Part shown: piece after piece, positions 24,684 to 38,599 of the stretch
Position numbering within the stretch: position 1 is the stretch's first letter
Layout: each line of letters begins with the position of its first letter
The notes under the pieces: generated by a model
The model's database searches: none
Told to the model about the DNA's origin: nothing
Seen by the model: the letters and a program-made list of their open reading frames with translations, nothing else
Translations under genes and position numbers: made by a program
Assembly: GCA_951406725.2 (NCBI GenBank)
Contig: OX597830.1
Span: forward strand, 39,494,001 to 39,558,000
Direction: 5' to 3'
Source of the DNA: Octopus vulgaris
Lineage: Eukaryota
Length of the DNA stretch: 64,000 bases

Positions 24684-26282
24684 CAATAGACTTCTTTCAG
24701 TTTCTGCCTACCTAATCCACTCAAAAGGATTTGGTCAGCCTAGAACTAAAGTGGAATACACTTGTCTAATGTGTCACGCAGTAGGATTGAAACCAAAAAC
24801 AATGTGATTGCAAAATGAGACTCTTAACCACACAGCAACGCCTGTGCCTATTTGTGAAACTGACTTGACTCATAAACTAGCATCAAAAAATAGATGTAAA
24901 ATCTACTGTTTTGAAATAAACAAAAACAAAACCATGAAACAAACACTGAAGTACACTTTTAGACAAGTTGATTCATATTTACCAATAGGCGCAGGAGTGG
25001 CTGTGGGGTAAGTAGCTTGTTTACCAACCACATGGTTCCGGGTTCATTCTCACTGCATGGCACCTTGGGCAAGTGTCTTCAACTATAGCCTCAGGCCGAC
25101 TAAAGCCTTGTGAGTGGATTTGGTAGATGGAAACTGAAAGAAGCCTGTCGTATATATGTATTCTCAAAGGTAGAGAAGGCTCCCACTGTTGGTGATCAAG
25201 CCATGAGGAAGCCAGCTCTTCTAGGACATAAACCTTGTAGCACCAGTCATCTTGCAATACTTGCCACCGAAAGCTACTATGAGAGAGAGTGGCAAAAGTG
25301 TTGTATAAGCATCTGTCACTTAAATCCAATGACATGTTGATGTTTCACAGTGGAGGTGCAATGGCCCAGTGGTTAGGGCAGCAGACTAGCAGTTGTAGGA
25401 TCGCAGTTTCAATTCCCAGACTGGGTGTTATGAGTGTTCATTGAGCGAAAACACCTAATGCTCCACAAGGCTCCGGCAGGGTGTGGTGGTGAACCTTGCT
25501 GTACTCTTTCACCACAACTTTCTCTCACTCTTTCTTTCTGTTTCTGTTGTACCTGTATTTCAAAGAGCCAGCCTTGTCACACTCTGTGTCACGCTGAATC
25601 TGCCCGAGAACTACGTTGAGGGGTAGAGCCTTTGCCTTTCCCTTGGATGACATCAGTGGCTTGGGGAGAGAAGGCCAGTTTGAATGGGTTACTGCTGGTC
25701 TTCCATAAACAACCTTGCCCAGACTTGTGACTCAGAGGGTAACTTTCTAGGTGCAATCCCATGGTCATTCATGACCGAAGGGGGTCACAAATTGATGTTT
25801 CACTATCATTACATTTCTTGGCCTGTTTTGTATGCTATAAAGTTCTACAGCAATGGATATGCATGTGTGTGTGTGTGTGCCTCTGTGTGTGTCTCTGTGT
25901 GTCTCTGTATGCATATGGAATGCATATTATTACCACATCTACTACCACATCATCTCAAATTCTATCTCGCTACGTGGGCACCTTAGGTAAAAATCTTCTG
26001 TTGTCAACCTGGGCCAACCAGTGCCTTGTGAGTGAATTTGGGAGACAGAAACGTCTTGGAAGCACATCACCATCATCATCATCATCATTTAACATCCACT
26101 TTCCATAATGGCATGGGTTGGACGGTTTGACAGGAGCTGACCAAGCAGAAGACTACACCAGACTTCTGTGTCTGATTTGGCAGGATTTTTACAACTGGAT
26201 GCCCTTCCAAACACCAACCACCCTGCAGAGTGGACTGAATGCTTTTTACATGGCAGAAGCACAGGTCAGGTGGCACAACACA

Positions 26283-26357
<75 letters not shown>

Positions 26358-26598
26358 CATTCACTTGCTTTCTTCCAAGGAGTCTAGTGCTCTTAGCTTA
26401 GATTTTTCTCGGAGCTGGCCAGATTGGAGCAGCCTCCAGTGTAACCAACCACAACTGCAAAGATGATCTGGAACTTGACTGAGGATAAGAAGCTCTGAAT
26501 GACTTGTCCTTGACTTTTCCTGTTCTTTTTGGTATCGTCTAACTCTCTGGATGTTTTGTTGTCACCTGTTACATTTTTGTTCAATTTTTTGCTTCCTG

Positions 26599-26653
<55 letters not shown>

Positions 26654-27379
26654 TACATGTATATATGTATGTGTATGTATGTATACATGCATGCATGAAC
26701 ACACACATACACGACTTCAGATGAGCTCCATTCACGCTGTGCAAGGAAAAATTACGCAACAACTGCGCAAGTGATGTAATATCATTTAGAATATATACCA
26801 AAAGATAATCTACTTTACAAGAACAAAAAAAAAAAAAAAAAGAAAAGAAAAATGAGGAAAACCACAGCAAAGCATTAAGTTCTTCCTTAGAATGTTCTCC
26901 ACTCTAATTCGCATTCAACATTCAACCATCAAATTTACAGCCTTTTTTTATTTTTTTTTTATTTATTTATTTATTCTTTTATTTCATTACTTATTTATTT
27001 ATTCATTTTACTTTTATTCCTATTTACTTAGTTTCCAAGTTTCAATCAAATTTTCTAGAGGAATCTGAAACGGAGAGTTGATACAGAGAGGGTGGAGGAG
27101 AAGGAGGAGGAGGAGGGGGGAGGAGGAGGGGGGAGGAGTGGGAACGAAAGAGGTGGAGGTGAGAGGGTAATAAAAAAAAAACGAAAAAAAAAAAATAAGC
27201 GAAAGAACATCTACATTTCATTTCAACTGTTTAATCTGATTAAATCCCATAAGAATTTCGTTAAACATGATAAGCTGTGCACTAGTATTTATTTCAAAGG
27301 AAGACTAGTAAAGTAATTCATTGAAGTCATATTGAAAGCAGTGGAAAGCTATAAAGTTATTGAACTTTTAAAACAAGTT

Positions 27380-28168
27380 AGATGATGACGATAAAGAGAA
27401 GGATAAAGATATGATGATGATGATAATGCTGCTGCTGATGATGATGATGATGGTGATGGCGACGAAAATGATGATAGTGATGATCATGAAGATAACAACA
27501 ACAACGAAGTTTGGTGTCAATGATGGTGGTGGTGGTGGTGGTGATGGTGGTGAGGAAGAGGATGACGATGATGATGATGATGACAATGACGATGATAACG
27601 ACGAGGAGGAGTAGCAGGAGGAGGAGGGCAAAGAGGAGAACAGGGAAGAGGACAAGGAGGAAAACAGGGAGGAGAACAAGGAGGACGAGGAGGAGGACGA
27701 GGACAGTGAGGAGGAGGATGACGATGACGATGACAAAGAGAAGGAGGGTGAGGAGAAGGACAAGGAGGAAGAGGAGAATGAGGAGGAGGGGGACAAGGAG
27801 AAATAGGAGGACGATGATGATGAGAGGAGGAGGATGACGAGGTGAAGGAGGAGGAAGAGGTGGAGGAGGAGAAGGGCGAGGAGGAGGATGACAATGATGA
27901 TGATGACAACGACAACAAAAAAACAATGATGGTGATTTTGATGATGATGATGAAGATGATGATGATGATGACAATGATGATAATGATGACAGATGATAGC
28001 TATTATAATGATCTTGATCATAATCATCATTATCCTCATTATCATCACTGTTGTTATCATCATCATCATCACTATCATCATGGTAGTCATAATGCTCATG
28101 ATCATAATCAACATTATCATCATGACAATCATGACCATCGTCCACATCATCATCACAATAATGATAAC

Positions 28169-28215
<47 letters not shown>

Positions 28216-28235
28216 CAATAATAATAATAATCAAC
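27380..28235. repeat. Compound trinucleotide tract (GAT/GGT/GAG/CAT/AAT)
   Basis: Read directly from the sequence. Confidence 0.95.
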
Positions 28236-28444
28236 ATCTGTTCCACAATCATTCTTTTCTACAATCATTAAAAGCTAAATAATCATCAACATTACAGAGG
28301 CAATCTCGATACTTCTCCATCCCTTGTGTATTTGCTTTTTAACCTGATTCCAATTTATGGAGCTAAGCACATTTTATACATTGCTGATCACAAGATTCAA
28401 GTATTTCTTTCAGAAAATTTATAAAAAGACCAGCCCAAGAGATA

Positions 28445-28550
<106 letters not shown>

Positions 28551-29759
28551 TGTGCATATGAGTAAAATTGAAAGAAACAGAGAGAGAGAGAGACATAGAG
28601 AGTATAATTATCAGAAGTTACATTTACAGGCTTGTTCAACTCCTGCCAATATTAAAAAAAAAAACATCATTAAAGTGAAGTTGCTGCTGCTGCTGCTGAT
28701 GATGATGATGATGATAATGATATCATCAAGATTATCATCATCATCATCATTTTAGCATCTTTCTGGTATTTTAAAGTTTTGTTTTTTTTGTTTTTTTTAA
28801 TGCTGGTATGTGTTTGGTAAGATTGCACTATAGCATATCACTTATTGTAGCTCTCATTGTCTAGAGACCCGAATGCAACCTGCTTCTTCTCAAATCATTC
28901 TAAGGTACCCTCTGTCGTCTATATATAGCAGCCAAATATCTTTCAATGCACAACCTGCCACAAAATAGATAGGTTAACCACTGCTGAAATGTCTTTTATT
29001 ATAGGTCTGTTTAACTCAGAACTAAGCTTCAACAACCACATTCCTCCAAGTGCAACATAAATTAACCTTTAGAACACTGTAGATGCATCATGTCATTCTA
29101 TGAGTTTTCTTCTCTGTAGTAACAGGGCAGTGGCAGGGGAAACAATTCTAGAGAAAATGCAATGTCCTAAATGTTAAAAGGTTAAGGATTGGAATAAATA
29201 TGGTGATGAGTATTTTTTAGCTTGCTCTAAAATGATTTTATAATACTAACCCCTTACAGAGAACGTATGGGTTTCAAAATTAAGTGATCGTAATTTCAAC
29301 CTTGTTAGGTTTCATCAGCATCAGTGCAATCAGAAGCATGCACACTTTCTCTTTAATGCCAGTCAATACCCAATAAAAGGGTTCAATTGAGCAAATTATG
29401 CAATTAATTCTGTTGTATCTGGAGAGAGTCATTTTCTTTTTGTGCCTTATAATATAACACACTCACCGGTAAAATTTCCACTTTTTTCTTATTTTTATTT
29501 TCCTAAAATTTTTGTTGCATCTTGCAACCTTTTCAGACACAACAGAATATGCTTCAACACTCGAACTCATATAAAGAATCTTGCAAATCAAATCCAAAAA
29601 CGAAATATGCATTTAATGTTTTAAGGAAAATTCATACACAGAATTCTCATGGTATATTACATAATCACACACAAACACACATATATTTTTACGTTTCAGT
29701 CCAAGGACTGTGGCCATGCTGGGGCACTGCCATTTACTTTGCTACACTTTTACTAAACT

Positions 29760-30105
29760 TCTGCTAATGTATGACATTTGGTGGATGAGGGAGTTTGAAG
29801 TTGCAGCCCTCACCTGTGTTTCTTGCCTAGAGATAGGTTCATCTGGAACTCTTGAGAGAAAAAGATTCAGTTTTGCTTTGAAAAAGTCTGCATCTATGCC
29901 ATGTAGGTCCCTCAGGCTTTGTTGGAGGATATTGAAGAGCTGCGGAACTTTGAAGCCCAAGCTGTTGCAGTATCTGGTTCTGTATCCTGATGGCAATGTT
30001 GGGGTTTTGGTACTATGCAGTGGTGCCCTATCCTGCTGTTATGTAACTGACAATCCCAAAATTTGGCACACTTTTTTCTAACATTTTCCAGATATATATA
30101 ACTGT
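29760..30105 (-). mobile_element. Decayed CR1-group LINE 3' fragment
   Basis: NSLGFKVPQLFNILQQSLRD…FKAKLNLFLSRVPDEP…ATSNSL resembles a CR1-group ORF2 C-terminus. Confidence 0.7.
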
Positions 30106-30111
30106 ATTTAC

Positions 30112-30675
<564 letters not shown>

Positions 30676-31251
30676 CATAGCCAGCACCGCCCTGTCTGGC
30701 CTCCGTGCCGGTGGCACATAAAAAGCACCATCCGATCATGGCCATTGCCAGCCTCATCTGGCCTCCATGCCGGTGGCTCATAAAAAGTACCATCCAATTG
30801 TGGCCGTTGCCAGCCTCGTCTGGCCTCCATGCCAGTGGCATGTAAAAAGCACCATCCGATCGTGGCCGTTTGCCAGCCTCGTCTGGTACCTGTGCCGGTG
30901 GCCCGTAAAAAGCACCCACTACACTCACGGAGTGGTTGGCGTTAGGAAGGGCATCCAGCTGTAGAAACACTGCCAGATCAGACTGGGCCTGGTGCAGCCT
31001 TCTGGCTTCCCAGACCCCAGTTGAACCGTCCAACCCATGCTAGCATGGAAAGCGGATGTTAAACGATGATGATGATATATATATAATATAAATATGTATA
31101 TATATGTATATGTACACGCATACACATATATATATGCATATCCATTTGCTTCTCTCATTGTTTATGTATTCAGCTCTTTTGCTTTCGTATTTCATGTTGT
31201 TTACAATTTGTGATGTCCTGTATCCATATATGCATATATGAGTGCATGTAC

Positions 31252-31289
<38 letters not shown>

Positions 31290-31555
31290 GAAATATGTTT
31301 CGAAAAAAAATATAAAATACACGTGGAAATGTAAGAATAAAATATGAAAAATCAACGAATATGCATATTGTAGATATAAAAAGGCTATTTATGACAGGTA
31401 GTGACAAATATATACATTTAGAGTATTTCTAGTCAAAAAGGTCATTATTATTGATGATTATAAGAAGTTAATAATAATAATAAGGTAAGAGACTGAAACG
31501 AACCAATTGGTTTTCGCATTAGCTATTCATATATATATAAACATACATATATATG

Positions 31556-31996
31556 ATTATAATTAAGGGCATAGAAAAAGATTTTTTCAATGCTACATCC
31601 TGAAGATAGATACAAAATCATCGCACCACATTAAAAACCACAAAAATACACATGTCAAAAGCAAGAGAGCAAGCTAACAGAAATTAATAACAAAATAGCT
31701 CTGGATTACCTCATTCCTGGATCTGCCCCATGGCTTTATCGCATCAGCAGAGGAAATAAATGAGATATCTCATTTATTTCCTTTATGTATGCTCTGCTGA
31801 TGAGGTAAAGCCATGGGGCAGATCCAGAAATGAGCTAATTCAGAGCTAACTATTTTGTTATTAATTTCTGTTAGCTGGCTCCCTCATTTTCGGTGGGTGA
31901 ATTTTTGAGATTTTTAAAGTAGTGTAACAATTTAGCATCAATCTTCAGCATAAAGGCTTTAAAAAAATTTTTTTTTTTTACGCCCTTAATTATAAT
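31556..31996. repeat. ~440-bp imperfect palindrome with a degenerate hammerhead in each arm
   Basis: attataattaagggc/gcccttaattataat ends; perfect 32-bp centre at 31751-31782. Plus arm: gctctg-CTGATGA…GAAA-tgagctaat-t-cagagc (31791-31846). Confidence 0.85.
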
Positions 31997-32070
31997 TACA
32001 TAGGATTCCACCTTCATCAGTCTATTTTCATATGGCTGGCCACTGATAATTTTTTATTTATTTTACCCAT

Positions 32071-32112
<42 letters not shown>

Positions 32113-32295
32113 AGATATAGATATAAACATATACATACACACACACACATATATATATAGTCAGTTGAGGTGTGTTCTGTTAAGAACGCATAAGAGTACA
32201 AATAGAACTCATTCACCCTTAGAATTCCCAAATAGCCGGCAGTATTCTATTGTAGCATGGAAATCTAGATTTACTTACAGAGACAGCAACTGAGT

Positions 32296-32417
32296 ATTGC
32301 CTGAGGATATACATATAGATCTTCTTATACAGGTAAATCGTTACATAATTTAATTTAAACTTAACTTTAAATCCTGTATATACGAGGATCTGTATGTATC
32401 AAAACATTTGTGGTAAT
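32296..32417 (+). ncRNA. Decayed type-I hammerhead motif with very long stem II
   Basis: attgc-CTGAGGA-[atacatatagatcttc..tatacagg / cctgtata..gaggatctgtatgtat]-c-AAAAC-attt-GT-g-gtaat. G12>A is consistent with CpG decay. Confidence 0.65.
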
Positions 32418-32739
32418 TAAAAAGCTGCCTAACCGTACTTACTCTTTTACTTTTTACTTTTTAAATATATATACATATATATATAATAACAAAATAATAA
32501 CTAAAACATATGCATATATACATACATATATGTACGTACCTACATCTATATGTATATATACATGCATATATGGGTACAGGACACCAAAAACCGTCGAACA
32601 CAATGAGAAACAAAAACATAAAGACAAAACCAAGGAAATGGACATTTTTCTTAAACAACGAAAAAAAAGAGTACAAGACATACAACACAAGGAAAATTCC
32701 CCTTCTTCAGTCGCCTCTGTTTCATTTACTCCGCGTTTC

Positions 32740-32826
<87 letters not shown>

Positions 32827-33995
32827 AATATAGTATATAGAAGTCCTGCCCAGACATTTGATAAAATTTACATTTTTAATGGAGCCACTGCGACAGAATA
32901 TAGGTTAAGATTGGATAAACATTTTAATCCTTTCATTAATAACATGCCTGAAGATGCCCAAAAATATTTTTCTGGCTCAAAGTCATCTGAAAAGACTTAT
33001 TCACATCTAAATGTGAATTTCAGTGCAAATCTCATTTATACATTCGTGAAAACACATGATTTCATTATATAAACAATTGAGTTACACTGTCCAACATTAT
33101 TTTGCAGATTTTTTTTTTTCTTCCATTTTTCTTCCATATCAATTTTCTGAAATTTTTCACAATGAACAAAAAAACGGATACCAGTTTCATTGTTAACAAG
33201 CAGACAATTTGAAATAGCAGGATTTTTTGAAAAAAGACATAGAAAAATCTAGCAAAATATAAACTGAACATAAAAAGGACATGTGTGTTTATGAATTGGA
33301 TATTTTTGTTTCCGAAAGTAAAGCAATTCTTACAAGAATTCCAACAGAAATTGAAAAAAAAAAAAATTAATTTGTACCTGAATGTAGTAAGAATTTGAAA
33401 ACTGTTTTTCTTGATTATTTATAGGAAGAGACATGACCTAGCTACAGTCTTTCCAAAGAAATGAAACTATTAGATTATTTTTGTTTTTATTTAATCTTTA
33501 GAAGCAATTTGTGTAGAAATGAATTGTTATGGAAAATAGAGGTAAAAAAAAAGATAGTTCCTCATTTCCAACATGCATGGAAAGAATCTAAGCATTTTTA
33601 GAATATATATATTGTGTGTGTGCCTGCACATATGTGTATGTTTAAGTCTGTAGAGGGGAGAGAAAGAGAGAGAGTGTGTGGTATATTATCATTTATTTGC
33701 AGGATCCAATTGATTCAAGGTATTTTAATAAGAACACCAGGATGAGGGAGTCAACATATATTCTTTATGACCCAAATCTTAAATGTTAAATTTTAAACAA
33801 TTCACCAAATAAAAAACAATTTTTTTTTTTTGATGTAATTGATTTGTTCATCAATAAAAAATGCATCTCATACAGCTATAGTCAAACCTCATATAATTAA
33901 TAAAATAAAAACGAAGAAAAAAACACGAGAAAAAACAACACGAAGATGTGGTACATGCAAAGTATTAAATGACACTCAGGGAAGGGAAGAAAGGT

Positions 33996-34032
33996 TGTTC
34001 TATGTTTTGAGCAAAGCTCTTCTTCAGAAACA
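33996..34032 (-). ncRNA. Decayed minimal hammerhead motif
   Basis: Minus strand: tgttt-CTGAAGA-a-gagc-ttt-gctc-AAAACATA-gaaca; two CpG-type transitions from CGAAACGTA. Confidence 0.6.
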
Positions 34033-34244
34033 AGAGACAGAGGAAAGCCAAGAAAAAAGGAAGACTGAGGAAAAAAATCGCCCACAATCCTATATATATA
34101 TATATAAATATAAGTTCAGCAAAATTTAGATTCAGATGAATATGGTACTTAAGTTAAAGGCACCAGAATTTTGTATGGTATTATCCATATAAATCAAATG
34201 GGGTGATTATAATCAAAATAAGCAACAAGGATATCCAAGGTAGA

Positions 34245-34330
34245 GTAGTACAATTGTTTCATGCTACTTCATTTTATTAAACCCTGCAAGTATTACATCA
34301 GTTTTAAAATGTTGAGCAATCTTCAGCCAC
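34245..34330 (-). ncRNA. Type-I hammerhead ribozyme motif with intact core
   Basis: Minus strand: gtgg-CTGAAGA-t-tgct…agca-t-GAAAC-AATT-GT-A-ctac; palindromic stem III ACAATTGT, GUA site. Confidence 0.7.
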
Positions 34331-34581
34331 ATATAGAATTTTTCAATTAAATGGACAATGCACATTCTTATACTTATTTCATTTGCCAACATTACAAAGA
34401 GGGTAGACATCTAGACAGAGAGGTTAATTTCATCATTAAGAACATGATAGTAGTATGTTCATTCTCTGTCTATAGATTTTATCACTAAGTTCACTTTGTT
34501 ATTTAGATCAATCAGTGGGTTTTTTTAATTCTTTTTTGAATAGAGACAATGATTATATATATATGCATATGTATGCATATA

Positions 34582-34635
<54 letters not shown>

Positions 34636-34687
34636 GTACATATACATACATATATATATATATATATGTATGTATATATATGTACAT

Positions 34688-34735
<48 letters not shown>

Positions 34736-34744
34736 GTATATATA

Positions 34745-34776
<32 letters not shown>

Positions 34777-34791
34777 CACATATGTATATAT

Positions 34792-34822
<31 letters not shown>

Positions 34823-35019
34823 CCTCTTGCTTTACAAGAGATAAGATCTACTTTTGCCTGTCTCCTGTCTTAGCTCCTTTCTCCAGCATTCATCACTTTA
34901 CTTAATTATGGCTTAACAGCCCTCATCGTTTATTTTTACTGTTTTGTTCTCACTGTCCTGTTTTTGTTGCCACTTTCACCCTCCACAAAAATCACAAATT
35001 TTATTTAATTTGCTTTGCG

Positions 35020-35300
35020 GGTAGGACTGTTTTAATGAAGTCACATCTTGTCCCAACCTTCGAAATTCGGAGTACATAAAACAGGGGACAACTGATGAAG
35101 GGAATGTTCCTTATGTTGCCTATCTTGTTTCTCTATTTGTTTCTTTTGTCGTTCGAAAAAATGCTTGTTTTCCATGTTTTTGTTTTCTTATGTTCTCGTT
35201 TTTCATTTTGTTCATATTGTTTTGACGTCCTGTACCCATATATGCATGTATATATACATATATATGTAGGTATGTACATATATGTATGTATATATGCATA
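35020..35300 (+). mobile_element. (TA)n-associated repeat with degenerate hammerhead; related copies at 32500-32742(-) and 31150-31245
   Basis: Shared gacgtcctgtacccatatatgcatg and ctga(t/a)gaaggg..ttccttg segments; ctgttt-taatgaag…cttcGAAAttcggaGTA..aaacag at 35027-35084. Confidence 0.6.
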
Positions 35301-35315
35301 TATATATTATTATAT

Positions 35316-35374
<59 letters not shown>

Positions 35375-35400
35375 TTTATTAAAAATCACAAAAAATATCA

Positions 35401-35500
35401 CAAAAACTGTTACTCAGGTTCACATTCCCGTTCATCAGACAGCTTTGTTTTTCTAAACAAAACTATCTGATGAATGAGAACATGAAACTCTGAGTAACAG
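35401..35500. ncRNA. Inverted pair of minimal hammerhead motifs forming a ~95-bp hairpin
   Basis: Plus strand: ctat-CTGATGA-atg-agaa-cat-GAAAC-TCTGA-GT-A-acag (35463-35500). The minus strand carries a diverged copy at 35401-35450 with a ctgt/acag stem I. Confidence 0.75.
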
Positions 35501-36635
35501 AGTACTATTTTTTCCACCATGCTTCGCATTTATGTGCTTACTCTGGTATATATATATATATGTACACACATGCACATAACATTTGATTTATAAATATGTT
35601 TTCAAATCTACCTCATTCTTATTTTTTTTATTTATCTGTAAGGTGTGTGACAAATGCTAATTAATTTTTATTACAAATCCTTATTATATGTATTTCTGGC
35701 TATTCATGTATGCATGCGAGTTTATTTCATTTAGTTGATTGGATGTGCATTTCATTTCCTAGTTTTCTTCGAAGATATATTCTGGTATTTTGTTGTTTTA
35801 CCTTTATGGTCCACTTGTCTTTTGTGCATTAATTTTAATTCATAAATAATCCAGTAATTTGAACAATTCTTCTATATTAAAATTTTGTAGCATTTCCAAT
35901 TGAATATCAGCTAATAACTCATCTTCTATTATGATTTTTAAACAAACTTTAAATAATTTTATATTTTGTTGAATTTACCCATGTTTACCTGTATTTACCT
36001 GTAATTAGATTCACTTGGAGACAAAAATTATGCCATAAATTTGATTAAGAATTTTTTGTTAAATTGTGTTCCTAAAATCACGTTAATATGTAGTTAAATA
36101 AAAAAAAGTTAGTTGTTTCATGATTATTTGACGGTTTAATTGAAACACACAAGGGTGTCCTTTGGTTAGAAATATAGAAACAAAATGGTTAATTCCCTTA
36201 ATTATAGGGGAAAATTATACAGCATAGCATTAACAAATTTAATTTGTTAAGATGAAGGGCTTGTTTTACAGACTGCATTTTCATATAAAGCAGATAGGAG
36301 TGGCTGTAATTTTACATTCTATGTTGGCAAATTAGGTCTAATTAATAAACATAATGAGTTGTTAATCAGCTACAGGTATCAGCTTATTCTTTTATTCTTT
36401 TACATATTTCAGTCATTTGACTGTGGCCATGCTGGAGCACCACCTTGAAGGGTTTTAGCCAAACAGATCGACCACAGGACTTGTATTTTTGAAGCCTAGT
36501 ACTTATTCTATCGGTCTCTTTTGCAGGACCACTAAGTTACAGGGACGTAAACACACCAACACTGGTTGTCAAGCGGTGATGGGGGTGGGGGACATACATA
36601 GACACAAAGACATATACACATATATACACATAGAT

Positions 36636-36666
<31 letters not shown>

Positions 36667-36671
36667 ATATA

Positions 36672-37472
36672 CAGGGTGCGGTGAATAAATTGTTGTCTAA
36701 ATTACGCAAAACTGAAAACAACACTGACATCTCATTTTAACAGATATATTTACTAAAATAATTTATTCAATAAAATCGACATAGGCTTTAACCATGGCCT
36801 CCAGACTACATCAGAATCTCCTGCAACTCTTCTGGATGGTCTCTTTGTTTAATTTGGTAAATGCTGCCATAATCCTTTGCCTTCAGTTCATCTTTGGTGT
36901 TACAAAGAGTTTTGTTGTTTTCTAACTCAACTGCACCCCACACATAATAATTAATGGGGTTGCAGTCTGGGGAGTTAGATGGCCAGATGTTAGGGGTGAT
37001 GAGGTTACAGAAATTGCCTGACAGGCATGACTGGGTTCTTGTGCTTGAATGGCATGGTATGGAGTCCTGTTGCCAGACACAGGGTCTTCCAGCAGCCACC
37101 CTCTTGACCCAGGGCAGTACTACCTCCTCCAGGCACTTGATGTAGGCCTCCGTGTTGAGTCTGAGGCCATGTGGGAAGATGAATGGAGGCATAATGTCAC
37201 CATCACTAGTGATCACTCCAAACATCATAATGCTTACTGAATGTTTGATTTTTATCATTCTCAGTACATGTCCTCAGATTGACACCCAGACTGAACTGTC
37301 CTCAGATTGACACCCAAACACTCTGAAATGGTCATATTGGAGTTTCTGGCGTGAATCTCACAGACAGTGCCCAACTGACCCTACTGTACTGTGTAGTTAA
37401 AATCAAAATCAAACAATGCACATGTGCAAAATTAAAAATATAAAATGGCGACAATTTACTCATCACACCCTG
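36672..37472 (-). mobile_element. Internally deleted maT/DD37D (Tc1/mariner superfamily) transposon
   Basis: TIRs CAGGGTG..g(a)taaattgt at both ends. ORF 36806-37258 has WQQD…WPSNSPDCNPIN with 37 residues between the second D and the last catalytic position (D>N). Confidence 0.85.
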
Positions 37473-38007
37473 TGTATATATATATATGTAGAACAGGCTT
37501 CTTTCAGTTTCTGTCAACCAAATTCACTCACAAGCCTTTGGTCAGCCTGAAGCTATAGTAGAAGACACTTGCCCCTGGTGCCGCACAGTGGGACTAAACC
37601 CAGAGACCATGTGGTTGGAAAGCATGCTTCTTACCACAGCCATACCTGCACCTTAATAAAATATTTCTAAAATTCTATTTACCCAACATATAAATAATAT
37701 AGGAAGATACAAGTAGAAACACACGCCTACACAAACACACACACACACGTGTACATATATGTAAATATATGGATTAAATTTCATTTTTACAGCAACTACT
37801 CCTTGTTTCTGAATGACCTTATAGTACCATTACCCTATTATTCCTAAACAATATAATTTCTCACCAAAACATCATATATCACCTTATTTTCTCACTCCTA
37901 AATATTCTTTGTTTCACACTTCATTTTTTTTTCTTTTCATTTTCTTGTATGCCTGGAGACTATTTCAATTTAGTGCATTCATTATATATTTCTTCACTTT
38001 TTGATTA

Positions 38008-38072
<65 letters not shown>

Positions 38073-38123
38073 TGTGTATATATGTGTGTGTATATGTATA
38101 TATTTATTTATATAGATGTATAA

Positions 38124-38154
<31 letters not shown>

Positions 38155-38599
38155 CACACATATATATGTATGCATATATATGGCTGTACATACATATATG
38201 TGTATGTACCTATAAGTATACACACACACACACACTTTTATAACATGTTCTTCTAAGTTTTTACCATTAATTTTTATCTTATCATTAATCTTTAATTATG
38301 TACAATACTATTTTACAATTTTACACAGCTTTTTTTCCATTAAGTTCTGACCTGTTTAACTTTTTGTTATACAAATCTAATAACAATTGCTTGGCCTCTT
38401 TATGTGTACAAATATTCACATCTTGATTCATCTAAGCCACCCTTTTCTATATTTCTTTTATTCTTCTTTTCCTTACTCTGTCCTCTCTCTAATCACTAAG
38501 GTTTTCTTTGACGCCACTCTAGAGATACCTACCCTAGCTTATTTATAGCATTCTACACAACAATATTCAAATGTAAATTAAAACAGTATTTAAATGTAT

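Noticed and set aside
27368-28282. Long ORFs (up to ~296 aa) over the trinucleotide tract
   Set aside because: Homopolymeric translations in several frames on both strands; a simple-repeat artefact.
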